From NCBI GenBank assembly GCA_013239625.1, contig MU053136.1, positions 576,017 to 640,016 of the forward strand: a stretch of 64,000 nt of DNA. Direction: 5' to 3'. The notes beneath the pieces were generated by a model. The model was not told where the DNA came from, did not search any database, and saw nothing but the letters and a program-made list of their open reading frames with translations. This DNA is from Lama guanicoe (lineage: Eukaryota). The translations under genes were made by a program, and so were the position numbers. Positions 1 to 39,982 of this stretch are shown here, one piece after another (position 1 is the first letter of the stretch; each line of letters begins with the position of its first letter).

Positions 1-132
1 TCCACTGCCCTTAAGACGGGGACACCTTTTTCCTTTTCAGTCTGATTCTTGCCTAAGCATCCCACTTAGTCTGCTCTCCCCTCTCCACTCTGTGTGTCTC
101 GTGCCCCAGTTCTGGGGCCCACACGGGGCTCA

Positions 133-28416
<28,284 letters not shown>

Positions 28417-29510
28417 GGTGTGGGCTGATGCAAGCAGCAGCCCCCTCCCCTCTGGTCCTGTTACTTCTCGCCGTCGCCCCCCCAATTGGGGGGGCCCCCC
28501 TTTTTCCTCCTCCCCCTCTTCTCCTCCTCTATTCTTATCCTATCCTTCAGCAAAGCGCACCAGGGGCGTGGGTGAAGAGGTAGAGTTCGGGGCCCCTTGA
28601 GGAGGGCCTGCAGACAGGGGTGAGCCCCCTGCCCCCAAATCCAAACCTTTCACCCCCTGCTTTTCTCTTCGTTCCTCTTTTCCCCCTCTCGGGGAAAAGC
28701 TCACAGCCCCATCTCCGAGCCGCCTCCGGCTGCAAAAATGCACAATTGGGAGGAGGCGGGAAGGGGACCGGGAGAGGAGGGAGGGAGAGAAGGGGCGGGG
28801 AAAGAAAAAAAGGAGGGGGGTAGAAAGAGCTACGCGGCAATCCTGGAAGTGCGCATGCGCCGATTTGGCGCGCTGCCCTGGGGAGGGGGAGTCAAAGCAG
28901 CAAGATTTGGAGCTCTGGCAAGCGGTCGGAGATCCGGGGTCCCGGGGCCCCGCTGTCGGGTTTCGGGCCTGGAGCGTCCTCTCCCCTGACTGGGCCTTTC
29001 TCCCTTGAGCTCCAGAGAGCTGATGGGGTGAGGATTGGGCAGGGGGCGAGGAGAGCTGAGCGGCTTCTCTTTGAAACTTGGTGTCATGCCCTAGAATTTC
29101 AGGCTCTGTCTGGGGCTCCAAGACCTGGAGATCTGGGCCGAAGCCTGATTTCCTCTGGGAACCCTGACTGTGCCTCCCCAGCCTGGGGTGGGGGCGGGGA
29201 CTGCCAGTCCGCGGGGAAGATACGGGGAAAGGCTGAGCTTTGATTTAGAGACTTTGTAAAACCGGGACCTGGATTGGGGCCTGCGGCGGAGGGGGGCGGG
29301 GTGGGGGAGGGGCCGAGAAGGCCCGCCCCCACCTTGCTCTCGGGCTTGGAGTAAACAGGGACACCCGCGGGGACACGCCGGAGCTTGTCCGCCCGCCTAG
29401 GGTTTGGGGATGGAGCCCACCTTAGTACCCGCCCCGCCCTGCTCGCCTGGCATCGGGCGCGGGAGGGGCAGGCCCTGGTTTGGAGGGAGGTGAGTCACCA
29501 GCGGGTGGGG
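28417..29510 (-). promoter_or_regulatory. LRP1: LRP1 5' UTR and TATA-less CpG-rich promoter
   Basis: CpG-dense; NRF1 motif tgcgcatgcgc 28850-28860 next to ggaagt; several GC boxes; AP-1 tgagtca 29491-29497; TSS not determinable. Confidence 0.8.
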
Positions 29511-31595
29511 TTGAGGAAGGGCCACCCTCTTCTTCTTACCAAGAGGTCGGGGCTCATTTATTTTCCTGTTTGGTGTTTTGGTTTTTTATATCTTCTGACT
29601 GGCTTCCCACCAAGTCGGGGTTTTAGATTCCGAGCAATAGAGATTTGGAATAAGATGAGGGACTCTGGACCTCTGTTTCCAGGCCTCGAGTTCTAAGGTG
29701 TCTGCTGAGTGCCGGACCTTTGTCCCCATAAGGGAATGCTGCTTTGAATCCACAGGGCGCTGGGGGTTCCCAGAACCCAGCGAATGTGCTTCTGGCCACT
29801 GCCTCCTTCTGGGTGGTGTTTTAAGGCTGTACCATGGGTGTCTGACTTTCTGGTGTTGGGAAATCAGAGTTCAGGGAGACAGCAAGCAACGCTGCCTGCC
29901 AGAATTGACATTAGAGGTGAGGGAGGGTTGCACCACCCTTCTCCCTTTTAAAATTCTAGTCAAGGAAGGGCCCCAATCCTCACTCCAGCCTGGCCCTGGC
30001 AGAAAGCAGAGCAGCGTGGAGGACTTGTCTGTTGATGGCAATGAGAGCAAGAGAGGAATCCAGAAGCGCTAGACCTTTCCTCCAAACCAGAGCGTCCTCA
30101 GAGCTCGCTTTGCTCAGGGCCAGGGCCACCTGCGTTTAGTCTCCCAGGCTAGAAACCTCAGACTTTTTGCCAACTCGTCTTCTGGGCCTTTCTCTCCTGT
30201 ATCCAATCTTGCAAGCCTGTGCTCAAGGTTTGTAATTTTTCCCTTTGAAATAGAGCTCAGATTTCCTTCATTTTCACTGGCAGAGCATTTCTCTGGGCCC
30301 GGTGGGGTCCTATTCATCCTTTCATCCAGACCTCACCGGTTAACACAGTGCAGGACACACAGGCAGGGGCTCACTGAATGTTTTTAATGAATGCCTACTA
30401 AGTTCCTTCCTCTCCCAGGACCCCTGCCCATATTGTCATCCAAGTGAAATCAGATTGAAACAGACTTCAGGCAGCTTTGAAAGGAAACAGCTAGCTGGAG
30501 TGAGCTCACGTAGCCTGACAGGGTTGGGAGGGGCTGTCCCATTCGTCTCCCCGTTACACAGGTGGGTCTGCCTCAAACTGCTCTCCCTGTGTCTCTTCCT
30601 GGCTGGCAAACCTCTACTGGGTGTCTACAGACAGTGGAGTCAAATGTGAACTCTTCTCCCAGTCCTGGCCTTCCAATATCTGGCCTCACTCAGCATATCG
30701 ACACTTCTCACTCTGTATTTATTTTTATTAACTTTACATTGTAAAAAATGGTAATATTTAGTGGTTGAAAAACTCAGAGTAGAGGAAGGTACAAGGTGAA
30801 AAGTAAAGTTGCCACTCTCTACACTCCCATTCTTCAGTCCCACCCTCAGAATAACCACTACTAAGAGTTCCTGGGGTCTCCTTCCAAGAGGTTATTGGGT
30901 TTTTTTTTTAATGACAAACAAATATAAATAAACATCTTTTAAAACCACGAATGAGCTCATACAGTATATATTGTTCCATAACTTGCTTTTTTCAACGAAC
31001 TCCTCTTGATCCCTTTCCACATTGTACACACACATCTGGCTCACTCTTTTTGCTGGCTACTTGGAATCTCCTTGCCTGGATAGTCCACAGTCTCCTGGGA
31101 TTATTGGGCCCTTGGGTTATTTCTTACAGTGTGTGAAGCGCTGAGGTTGTCTCTATAAGACTAGAGAATGCACACTTCTACCTGAGCCTCTAACTGCACT
31201 CTTCTCTCCGCCTCCTCCTCCCCTCACCACCGAGGCTCTCCTGTTATTCTCACTCTGCCCATCTCTTCTCTCCCAAACTTGCCCTCAAGATAGTCTCAGT
31301 ACTTAGAATTTAGCACTTAACTTCGTGGGTTCTGTGTCCACCATCAGACCACAAACTCCTTAAGAGCAGGGGTCATGTCAGCAGGGATCATGTCTTTTAC
31401 TTCTTTGTATCCACGCAGTGTTAGGACCTCTTGACTGCTTCGTGGGGAAGCTGACAGGAGTGTTAGGACTAGGCATGCCTGTGCTGGCAGAGGAGACAAT
31501 CAGGATGTGACTGTAAGCATCTTTGTATTTCTCCTGTAGTCCCCATATGCAATCCCTCTCTGCCTCAGCTTCTCTTTTTCCCTACTTCTATTCTT

Positions 31596-31733
31596 TTATT
31601 TATTTAGTTTTTTGGAGGGGTGGGGAGAGGTAATTAATTTACTTATTTATTTATAACAGAGGTACTGGGGGTTGAACTCAGAACCTCGTGCATGCTGGGC
31701 ACACACTCTACCACTGAGCTATACCCTCCCCCC
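31596..31733 (-). mobile_element. tRNA-derived SINE (camelid Vic-1-like) with perfect 17-bp TSD
   Basis: Minus strand ggggagggtatagctcagtggtagag...gagttcaacccccagtacctc (Pol III A/B boxes) plus AT-rich tail; TSD tccctacttctattctt at 31579-31595 and 31734-31750. Confidence 0.9.
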
Positions 31734-32011
31734 TCCCTACTTCTATTCTTAAGAAGCTTTTTCCATCTTCAAATGCTTGGGTTGGAATTATAACGAAAAA
31801 GTGGGAAGTCAAAGAGGAATTCTTGGCGGTCTGTGGTCAGGATAACAAGAATGATGACAGTAGGCAAAGAAATTGGTGGAGGAAAGGATATCACCTTTTT
31901 CTGGCTCTCCCAGCAAATGATTAAACTTCTCCCTTTCCTGTGTGAATCTAACAGGCACTGAGATGGGGCATTAAGGGAGCAGCTCTGGGACTGAATGTCA
32001 GGCCAGAGACT

Positions 32012-32029
32012 GACACCACCTAGCGGTCA
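32012..32029 (-). promoter_or_regulatory. Candidate CTCF site
   Basis: Minus strand tgaCCGCTAGGTGGtgtc matches the CTCF core. Confidence 0.6.
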
Positions 32030-32279
32030 GCTAAAGAAGTGTTTGTAGGAAGCGTGTCTCTGAAGGGCTTGGTGGAAGGCGGGAGGAGAACCAAGATTTA
32101 TTGAGTGCTTACCATGTGGCAAGTCCATGCAGTGGATTTTAAATGGATTCGCTCATATAAGTCTTATAACCATCCTGTGGCATAGGTGTAATTTCAAGTT
32201 AGCAGATATGGAATTAGAGGCTCAGAAGGACTGAGGAATCTGCCCCAAATCACAGTGCAAATTGGAGCCCAGTTTTCAT

Positions 32280-32790
32280 TCATCTAATAAACATTTATTA
32301 GGTACCTCATACGTGCCAGGTACACTGGTAGGCACTAGGGACATGAGATGGAAGCACACAGTCTCAGCCTTCAAAACGTGTACCGGTTAGTGGAGTTGTG
32401 CAACAAGATGACTGACAATTACAACTAAGTACCTTAATGCCTATGATAATGGTACACGGCGCAGAGGGCCATGGGAACAGGGCAGGATACCTGTTCCAGG
32501 AAGGAGGGTCAAAGCAGGGCGGGGTGGAGGATTCCAGGCTTCGTACTGAAAGAGAGGAAGGAGATGACAAATAATGCCGGGAGGAAAGTGCGTGTTAGGC
32601 TGGAGGACAGGAAAAGGTGTTGAGGCATGAAGTTGAAAACGTTTGGGGAACAGCAAATACCATGTGGGTGAAGTTTAAGGTATTTATAGGGGAGGATAAT
32701 GGATGAAGTATCAGGATGCCTAATCACAAAGGGTGATTTTAGCTTAACTAAGGATTTAGAATTGTTTTCTAGAAGTAGTGGGAAGCTAAG
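32280..32790 (-). mobile_element. L2 LINE fragment
   Basis: aataaacatttattaggtacctcatacgtgccaggtacactggtaggcactaggga; boundaries approximate. Confidence 0.65.
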
Positions 32791-33029
32791 TAAGAAATTG
32801 ATGAAGTCTTTGATGTACCTGCTATTGAGCTGAAGAGAAAGAGGATTCCAGACTAAGGAGGCAGGATCAAGTATACTAATTCGTTTATCATGTTGGCCTA
32901 GGGGATAGTGACAGGAAAACTGGCTCTAGAAACTGTGGCTCACATTAGAATGGTCTCAAGGTCTCAAATTTTGGTGGCACATTAAAATCACCTGGGGAGT
33001 TTTTAAAAATCCCAATGCTAATAAAAGGT

Positions 33030-34400
33030 GAAACTCCCAGAGTTGGAGGACTTCTGTACTTGACGTCAAGACTTTAAAGCTTCAGTAGGCAAGACACTAT
33101 TATACTGGCATACGAATTGATAAACAGATCCATGGAACAGAACAGAGGACCAGGAATAGATTCATACCTAAAGGGCATTTAATTTTGACACAGATGTCAA
33201 ATCAAACCACTGGGGAAAGGAGTATCTTTTCAACAAACGGTGCTGGAGGAACCGAATATCCAGATGGGAGAAACTGAACTGTGAGTCCTACCTCACACCA
33301 TAAGCAGAAATTAATTCAAAATGGACCATAGGCCTAAGCCATACAAGCTGAAATCATAAAGCTTTTGGGTGAAAACAAGGAATAGCTTCACGACTTGAAG
33401 GTAGGCAAAAATTTTTATGTCATAAGAAGCCATAAAAGAAAAAAATTTGATAAAAGAAATATCAGTATTAAAAATTTTTGCTCATCAAAAGACACCATTA
33501 AGAAAATAATAAGTAAGCCAAAAAGCTAAGCAAATTATTGATCTGACAAAGCACTGGTATCCAGAATATATTTAAAAATTTCCTATAACACAGCAATAAA
33601 AAGACACTGCATTTTAAAAAAATGAACAAAAGATTTGAACAGATACATCACAAAAGAAGATATGTGAATGGCAAATAAGCACATGGAAAGTGTTTAATAT
33701 CTTTAGCCTTCAAGAAAATGCAAATTGAAATCACTATGAGATAATCCTCCGTACTCACCAAAATGGTCAAATTTTTGAAACTGACAATACCAAATGCTAG
33801 TGAGAATGTAGAGCCACTGGAACTCTCATACAGTGCTGGGAATGTAAAATGTGCTATTAGTTTGGAACAAGGTGTAGCAATTTCTTATATAACTAAGCAC
33901 ATACCTACCCAGTGACCTAGCAATTATGCTTCAAGTTATTTATTCAAGAGAAATGAAATATGAAAACAAACATATGCATGTTCATGTATGACTGAAGCAT
34001 TGTGCTGTACACTAGAAATTGACACAACATTGTAAACTGACCATACTTCACTTAAAAAAAAAGAGAAATGAAAACGTATGCTCACAGAAAGATTTGAAGA
34101 AGAATGTTCAATGCAGTTTTCTTCATACTAACCAAAAACCAGCTATGGCCCAGGCATCTATCATTTTAAAAAAGGGGGATAAGTAAAACTACGGTTCATC
34201 TCTACAGCGGGATACTACTTAGCAATAAAAATGGACACTCTGTGGACATACAGCAACACAGATGAATCTCAAGCCATGGTGAGTAAAAGAAGCCAGACTT
34301 ATAAGTATATCCTGTTTTATTCCATCTATGTGAATTCCAGAGCAGACAAAACAAAACTACCACGGCAAAAAACAGGACAGTGGCTCCCCAAGAGGGTGGG
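33030..34400 (+). mobile_element. Old L1 (L1M-type) ORF2 3' end and 3' UTR, degenerate
   Basis: A-rich; L1 ORF2 motifs such as atggaacagaacagag, cttttcaacaaacggtgctgg, cctacctcacaccataa, catcaaaagacacc; no intact ORF. Confidence 0.85.
33959..34060 (+). mobile_element. Younger 5'-truncated L1-type 3' tail nested in the old L1
   Basis: Ends in an A tail; flanked by 13-bp TSD aagagaaatgaaa at 33946-33958 and 34061-34073. Confidence 0.75.
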
Positions 34401-34502
34401 CTAAGGATAATGACCTGCATCTTAGTGGGGGTGCGGATGTCATACAGTGACCAAGTAGTGGGGAAGGAGCTGAGCCCAGGTGGCCTGGCCCCAGATGTCA
34501 TG

Positions 34503-34630
34503 TTTTGTTTTGTTTTGTTTTTGGTAATTAAGTAATTAGGTTTATTTATTCTTGGAGGAGGTACTGGGGATTGAACCCAGGACCTCATGCATGCTAAGCA
34601 TGTGCTTGACCACTGAGCTATGCCCTCCCC
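34503..34630 (-). mobile_element. tRNA-derived SINE (Vic-1-like)
   Basis: Minus strand ggggagggcatagctcagtggtcaagcacatgcttagcatgcatgaggtcctgggttcaatccccagtacctcc plus (aaaac)n tail. Confidence 0.9.
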
Positions 34631-36154
34631 ACTAGAGGCCATAGTTTTAACCACCAGAGTACATTGCTTTGCCCTGGGATGCCTTGGGTGTGGACGAGGT
34701 TACACAGTAAGTGTAGCCTGTGGTGACAGGAGTCTGAGAAGGAGCACCCAGGCAGGCAGGAGGAAGGCCGGGAGAGAGGAACCATAAAGTCCACGGGGGG
34801 GAAGAGCAGTGCTGAATACAGCTGAGCCACCAGTGAGAGAAGGACAGGGGCAGGCCATCATTCTCGGCACCTAGGAGGGCATGTGTGACATGGGCCAGAA
34901 CAGTTTCATTGGACTGATGGGAGCAGTAGCCGGCTGGCAGTGTACTGGCAAGATGAGGAAGGGAAGACAGAGAATGTGTATAACTTTCCCAAGAAGCTTG
35001 ACTGCACAAGGGAAGAGAGAGAGGGGCGAGACAGTAATTAGAGGGCTAGTTAGGGAGCTGGAATTTCCTTCCAGAGGCTCAGTCCTGACCACAGCTGGCT
35101 CCATCCAGAGATGCCTGACTTCGCCCACCCACCAGGGCTGCTACTTGTCCTTCCATGAGGTGAAGGTCTGTTGGCCACAGTCAACCTCTGACAGCCGCAG
35201 GGCTTCGTTTGCAACCTTGAGATCAGCTGACTGTGCCATTGCTCACATCCTGTCATCCTTGGCAGGCCTCAGTGAGCATCCACCCTTCTCCACTCAGCAG
35301 AGTGCTTCCTCTTCCTGACCACCCTTGCACTACTCCCCATGCCCTGCTTTGCACAAGGCCCTGGGCCACCCTTGGCTCAGATTATCCTTGCCCCTCTGCT
35401 TGTCTGAAACATGGCTCTTCCCTGAGGACGCTTGTCCTTCAAAGAGACACCACTTATTCTCCCAAGTGCACAAGAAGGTGGTGATGGGAGCACAGGCAGT
35501 CAGCCTGCTCTGTACTCTCCATTTCTTATAGTTAGTGTGGCTCCACCGGAGTCTCAGTTAGGGATGCATCTAGCAGCAAGTGACAAGAAGACCCAGTCAA
35601 AGTAGACTGAACAAAGAGTTCTAAAACAGACCCAGGGCTGGATGATTCATCAAGAGTTTCCTACCCCTTCACACTGCTGCTCTGTCCTCAGTGGTTGAGG
35701 ATCTCTTTCCTCACAGTTGCAACATGGCTGCAGCTGTTCCAGTCATCACGTGTGAACTTGACACTGAAGAAAAACAAAATCTCTCCCAAGGGCCCCCTCA
35801 AGTCCTATTGGCCAGGAGAACGGAAATACCATGATTGGCAAGACCAATGAGATTCATCCCCTGAATGCTTGGAAGGGAGACATCTGTCAAAATCTAGACT
35901 TTGCCAGCAAGGGAGAGACATGCGGCTGAGCAGGCATCATCGTGCTTGCCCCGATAGGCATACACATTCCTCTTCCTTTTAAGGACCGGTTATTTCACCT
36001 TCCACTGAGATGTGTGGCACACTGCTTAAGGGCAGCAATGCTTATGCCTGCTTAACTGGGCTCAAATCCCAGCTTACTTACTAGCTCTCTGGCATTGGGC
36101 AGATTACTTAAACTTTCCACACTGCAGTTTCCTCATCTGTAAAATGAGGGCTAT

Positions 36155-36326
36155 CAGCACTACCCAAGAGAACTTTCTGTGATGATGGAGATGTCCTCGG
36201 TCTGTGCCGTTTGCCATATGGGGCTGCTGAGCATTTGAAATGTGGCTAGTGCATATGAGGAACTGCGTTTTTAAATTAAAATTAAATAGCCACATACGGT
36301 TAGCGGCTATCGTATTGGGCACATAG
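36155..36326. mobile_element. MER3-like hAT MITE inserted in a MIR
   Basis: cagcactacccaagagaactttctgtgatgatgg...aaatagccacatacggttagcggctatcgtattgg interrupts MIR cagtttcctcatctgtaaaatgaggg. Confidence 0.75.
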
Positions 36327-38310
36327 TTCTATCTCATAGTATTATTGCAGGATAAAATGTACAGGGCTTAGATTTTTTTAAAAGTAGGAACTGAAGTAAC
36401 ATAGACTCTCACTAAATGTTAGTTAGTACTTTTGCTGCCATCTTCTGCTGTCCTGGTCATCTGCCCACACTCCTTGAAGAAAGGCTCCGGCACCTGACTC
36501 ACCGTCTCCCTGTCCACCTCAGGGCTTCAGCAGACCCAGGTGGCGTCAAAGTTCATGCAGGCGGGCTGGCGGCACCCTGGCCTCATGGTTCTTGTCTTCC
36601 TCAACTCCAGGGTCTCACCTCCACGTTGCCGCGGCCACTGACTCCCACAGCCCCAGCCTCTGCCACACCCTCCCAGGAGAGCTAGGTGGCAATCTCACCC
36701 CTTGTCTCTGACCACACGTTCCCGCCCTCCCGTCCCTTCTCTCTCTTGCTCCCAGGAAGGCTGGTCTTAACATCTGTTGAGGATTCCAGTTCCTTGTCTA
36801 TTCTCTCCTTTCCTGCTGGCTCCTCATGTCTGTCCTCCTCTTCTAACCAGCTGCGATTCCCCAACACTTCACTTCTCCTCCACCACGTGGTCTTTCTTCG
36901 TTATTACTAGCTTTCTGCGCTGTTCTTCTGGCTTCAGATTTACCCTTTAATCCATCCTCTACACTGCAGCCATGCTGGTCTCTCTACTAAATTTCATTAT
37001 ATTACTCACCGAAATCCTCTCATGCTCCCCATTGCCAACTACTACCCATTTCCAGGAGGTACCGTGCGCCCACAGTGTCCATGCTGGATCCCCTTCCTGG
37101 TTTACCTTTCCTCTTGTTCTTTGCCTGAATAACTCCAATTTTCCCCTTAAGATTCACTTCAGGCATCACCTCCCTGATCTCTCCTACCCCCTACCTAATA
37201 TACGTGCCCCTCCTGTGTGCTCCCATGGCACCCTGAACTTCACTGGAACCACAGCCCCAATCATGCTGCTGCATCGCTGTTAACAGATCTGACTCCCCTT
37301 CTCAGCTATCAGAGCCTGAGAACAGACACCCAATACATTTTTGTTGAGTTAACTGCACACAGATTGTGGGAAGGTTGATTTTGTATGCTTGCTATCAGTT
37401 TGATTTCACTTTTTTTTTTTTAAGTGGAGGGAATTTGAACATGTTCATATGCTGAGGGTAAAGAGCTGTAATAGTTAGAGAACCAGAGGCTGGAGATTCG
37501 GAGGACGGAGAGGAAAATTAATGAAACAGGGCCCGAGGAGGCAGAAGGGACGGGCCCTGAGCACAACTGAAGGAACATAATCTTTGGCAGGGGCAGGGAC
37601 AGAGCCCGCATGAAATGTCACTTGTTAGGGAGCAGGAAACTGTGAGGGTTTCCAGCTGATGGAAAGTCTAATCAAAATGGAGAGTTGGTATCAAGGTGGT
37701 TGGAAATTTGCAGAGAATGGCAAAGGCCTGGGAGACAGAGCTGCCTCTTCTGTGAAGTTTCCTTCTATCCCTCAACCCTCCACAAATCCCAGGCTACTGC
37801 CCACTGCTCTGAATGTGGCGCCCATTCATCTTGCCTGTAAAACATACTGAGCTCCTGCCATTAACCCTCACCGAGTCTAGTCCCCGTGTAAGAGAGTGTA
37901 TGTAGAACATTTAGTCCAGTACCAAGTCCACGGTAAACACTCAGTAAATGGTAGACCTTGTGTTCACTAGCAAGAATGAGTATCAGTTTTTTACCTGCAC
38001 AGCAGCGTTTACAGGATGATAGGTGTGCCCAGCCCCCAGGAGCTTACGTCCTGGTCAGAGAAGGGTGTGCCCATAAAATAATTAAGAAGCAATGCGAAGT
38101 GATAGGTGATGGTTACCAACATCCAACTGATTTTTTTTTATTACAACCAGCACTGAAAACTATCTTTTACATCAGGACCTAGAACTCAAATAAATATAGA
38201 AAACTGAAACAAGTTTAATCAGACACTACTTACCCTTACTCTGTGTGATGCATTTTGCTATTTCCTATTCTATTCTACTTTGTTTTAAAAAAGTGATGGT
38301 CAAGGCTCAC

Positions 38311-38772
38311 TGTTATGGGTCGAATGGTGTCTCTCAAAAATCCGTATAGTAACATGTTGAATTCATGTGTCTCTCAGAAATTCGTATTCACATGAGGCAC
38401 CTCCAGTATTTCAGAATGTGACTTTATTTGGAGATAGGGTCTTTACAGAAGTGATTGAGTTAAAATGAGGTCCTTAGGGTGGGCCCTCATCCAATGTGAC
38501 TGTTGTCCTTATAAAAAGGGGAAATTTTGGACACAGACTCGCATACAGAGAGGTCACCATGCGAGCATGAAGACGGCCATTTGGGCCATTTGCAAGTCAA
38601 CGAGAGAGGCCTGGAACAGTTTCTCTCTCACAGCCCTTGGACGGGACCAGCCCTGCCAACAACTTGACTTTGAACTCCCAGCCTCTGGTACTGCGACACA
38701 ATGGATTCCTTTAGTTGTTTGAGCCCCCCAGCTTGTGGAGCTTTGTCACAGCAGCCTCAGCAAACGAACACA
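38311..38772 (+). mobile_element. MLT1-type MaLR solo LTR with perfect 5-bp TSD
   Basis: TG...CA ends; MLT1 motif cagaatgtgactttatttggagatagggtcttt; TSD ctcac at 38306-38310 and 38773-38777. Confidence 0.88.
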
Positions 38773-39964
38773 CTCACCGGATTGATTTTGAGGCTCGCCA
38801 TTGGGTTGCAACCTGCAGTTTATAGACGACAAGGGTCAATTTTTTTTCTCTGCGCTCTCTTATACAATCTTTACAGCCACTGGTGGGATGGCAGGGCCTG
38901 GAGGAGGGTGAGGCCAGCAAGGCCCTCATTGTCAGGGTCTGCAAGTGGGAGTGTCATTACCAGAAGTCTAGCCAACCCGCACAACCTGAAGACGAGCGCC
39001 TCTTTCCCTTCTGCACCCTTGACACCGCACCCTGGCCTAGGCTGTGTCAAGTGGGTATACCTGATGTCTCCATTTGAGGGGTTGACACACAGTCACAAAG
39101 CTCTTAAATGGAGTCAGACCCATGACAGCTTTGCCTCTAAATTCTTCCCATGACCTCATAGCATCCCCATTGGTGTAATCAGTTAGAGAAGATGATAATA
39201 AATATTATTTTCCAGCCAATATGTGCTTCTCACCTTCCTATTCCCCAAAAGGAGCCAAAGTTAGAGACTATATTCACTCCTCCCCTCCTCATGTCAAAGG
39301 TCTGGGGGACTTGGCCCTCTACAGACCCTTAGATGGCAAAGCCTGTCTGTGGATGACTGCAGGCAGGGTGGGCACCTGGGCATGTGTCGTGAGCACCTTT
39401 GTGTACACACTGCAATCCTAGCATTGCCTGCTGGCTCAACCCATGGACAGTCCCTGCCTGCCATCCCTACCCCTACTCTCTCTCCTCTTCAACTGACTGC
39501 CTTCCAGACACAACAAATACATAAACACACACGCCTCCAATAGGTTCTGTCTTTGTGGCAGTAATGTTACCCTCAAATCTGGGGACCCCTATGTAGGATG
39601 GAGGCCCTTCTGCCTTTCTCATGCCTGGCTTATTCTGGGACATAAAACATAGCAGCTAATGTTCCCTGTGTGCCAGGCATTGCTCTCAGCATTTCACTCT
39701 CACAACCCGGTAAGCTATTTGCTCCATTGTACAGATGACAAAACTGAAGCACAAAGAGTAAACTGCTCAGAGTTGCACAGTTAGCAGCACCAGCAGGATT
39801 TGAACCTATGCAGCCTGTCTCCAGAGGCCAAGATCTTCACCGCTATTTTCTGCAGCTTGGCTGAGCCCGCCCCTCCACGTGCCCACTCCACACGTGCACT
39901 CCTGCACACACTTGTCCATCCGCATAGATGGGAGGGGGAGGAGCTGGGCTCTGGGAATTAGTTC

Positions 39965-39982
39965 AGGCACCAGGGGGCAGCA
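39965..39982 (+). promoter_or_regulatory. Candidate CTCF site
   Basis: GCACCAGGGGGCAGC matches the CTCF core. Confidence 0.6.

Noticed and set aside
31660..31733. tRNA-Ala-like sequence (also near 34560-34630 and 49540-49611)
   Set aside because: Has A-rich tails, TSDs and diverged stems, so these are SINE heads, not tRNA genes
34202..34654. 150-aa ORF
   Set aside because: Reads through a SINE and the antisense of an L1 3' UTR; a repeat-derived artefact
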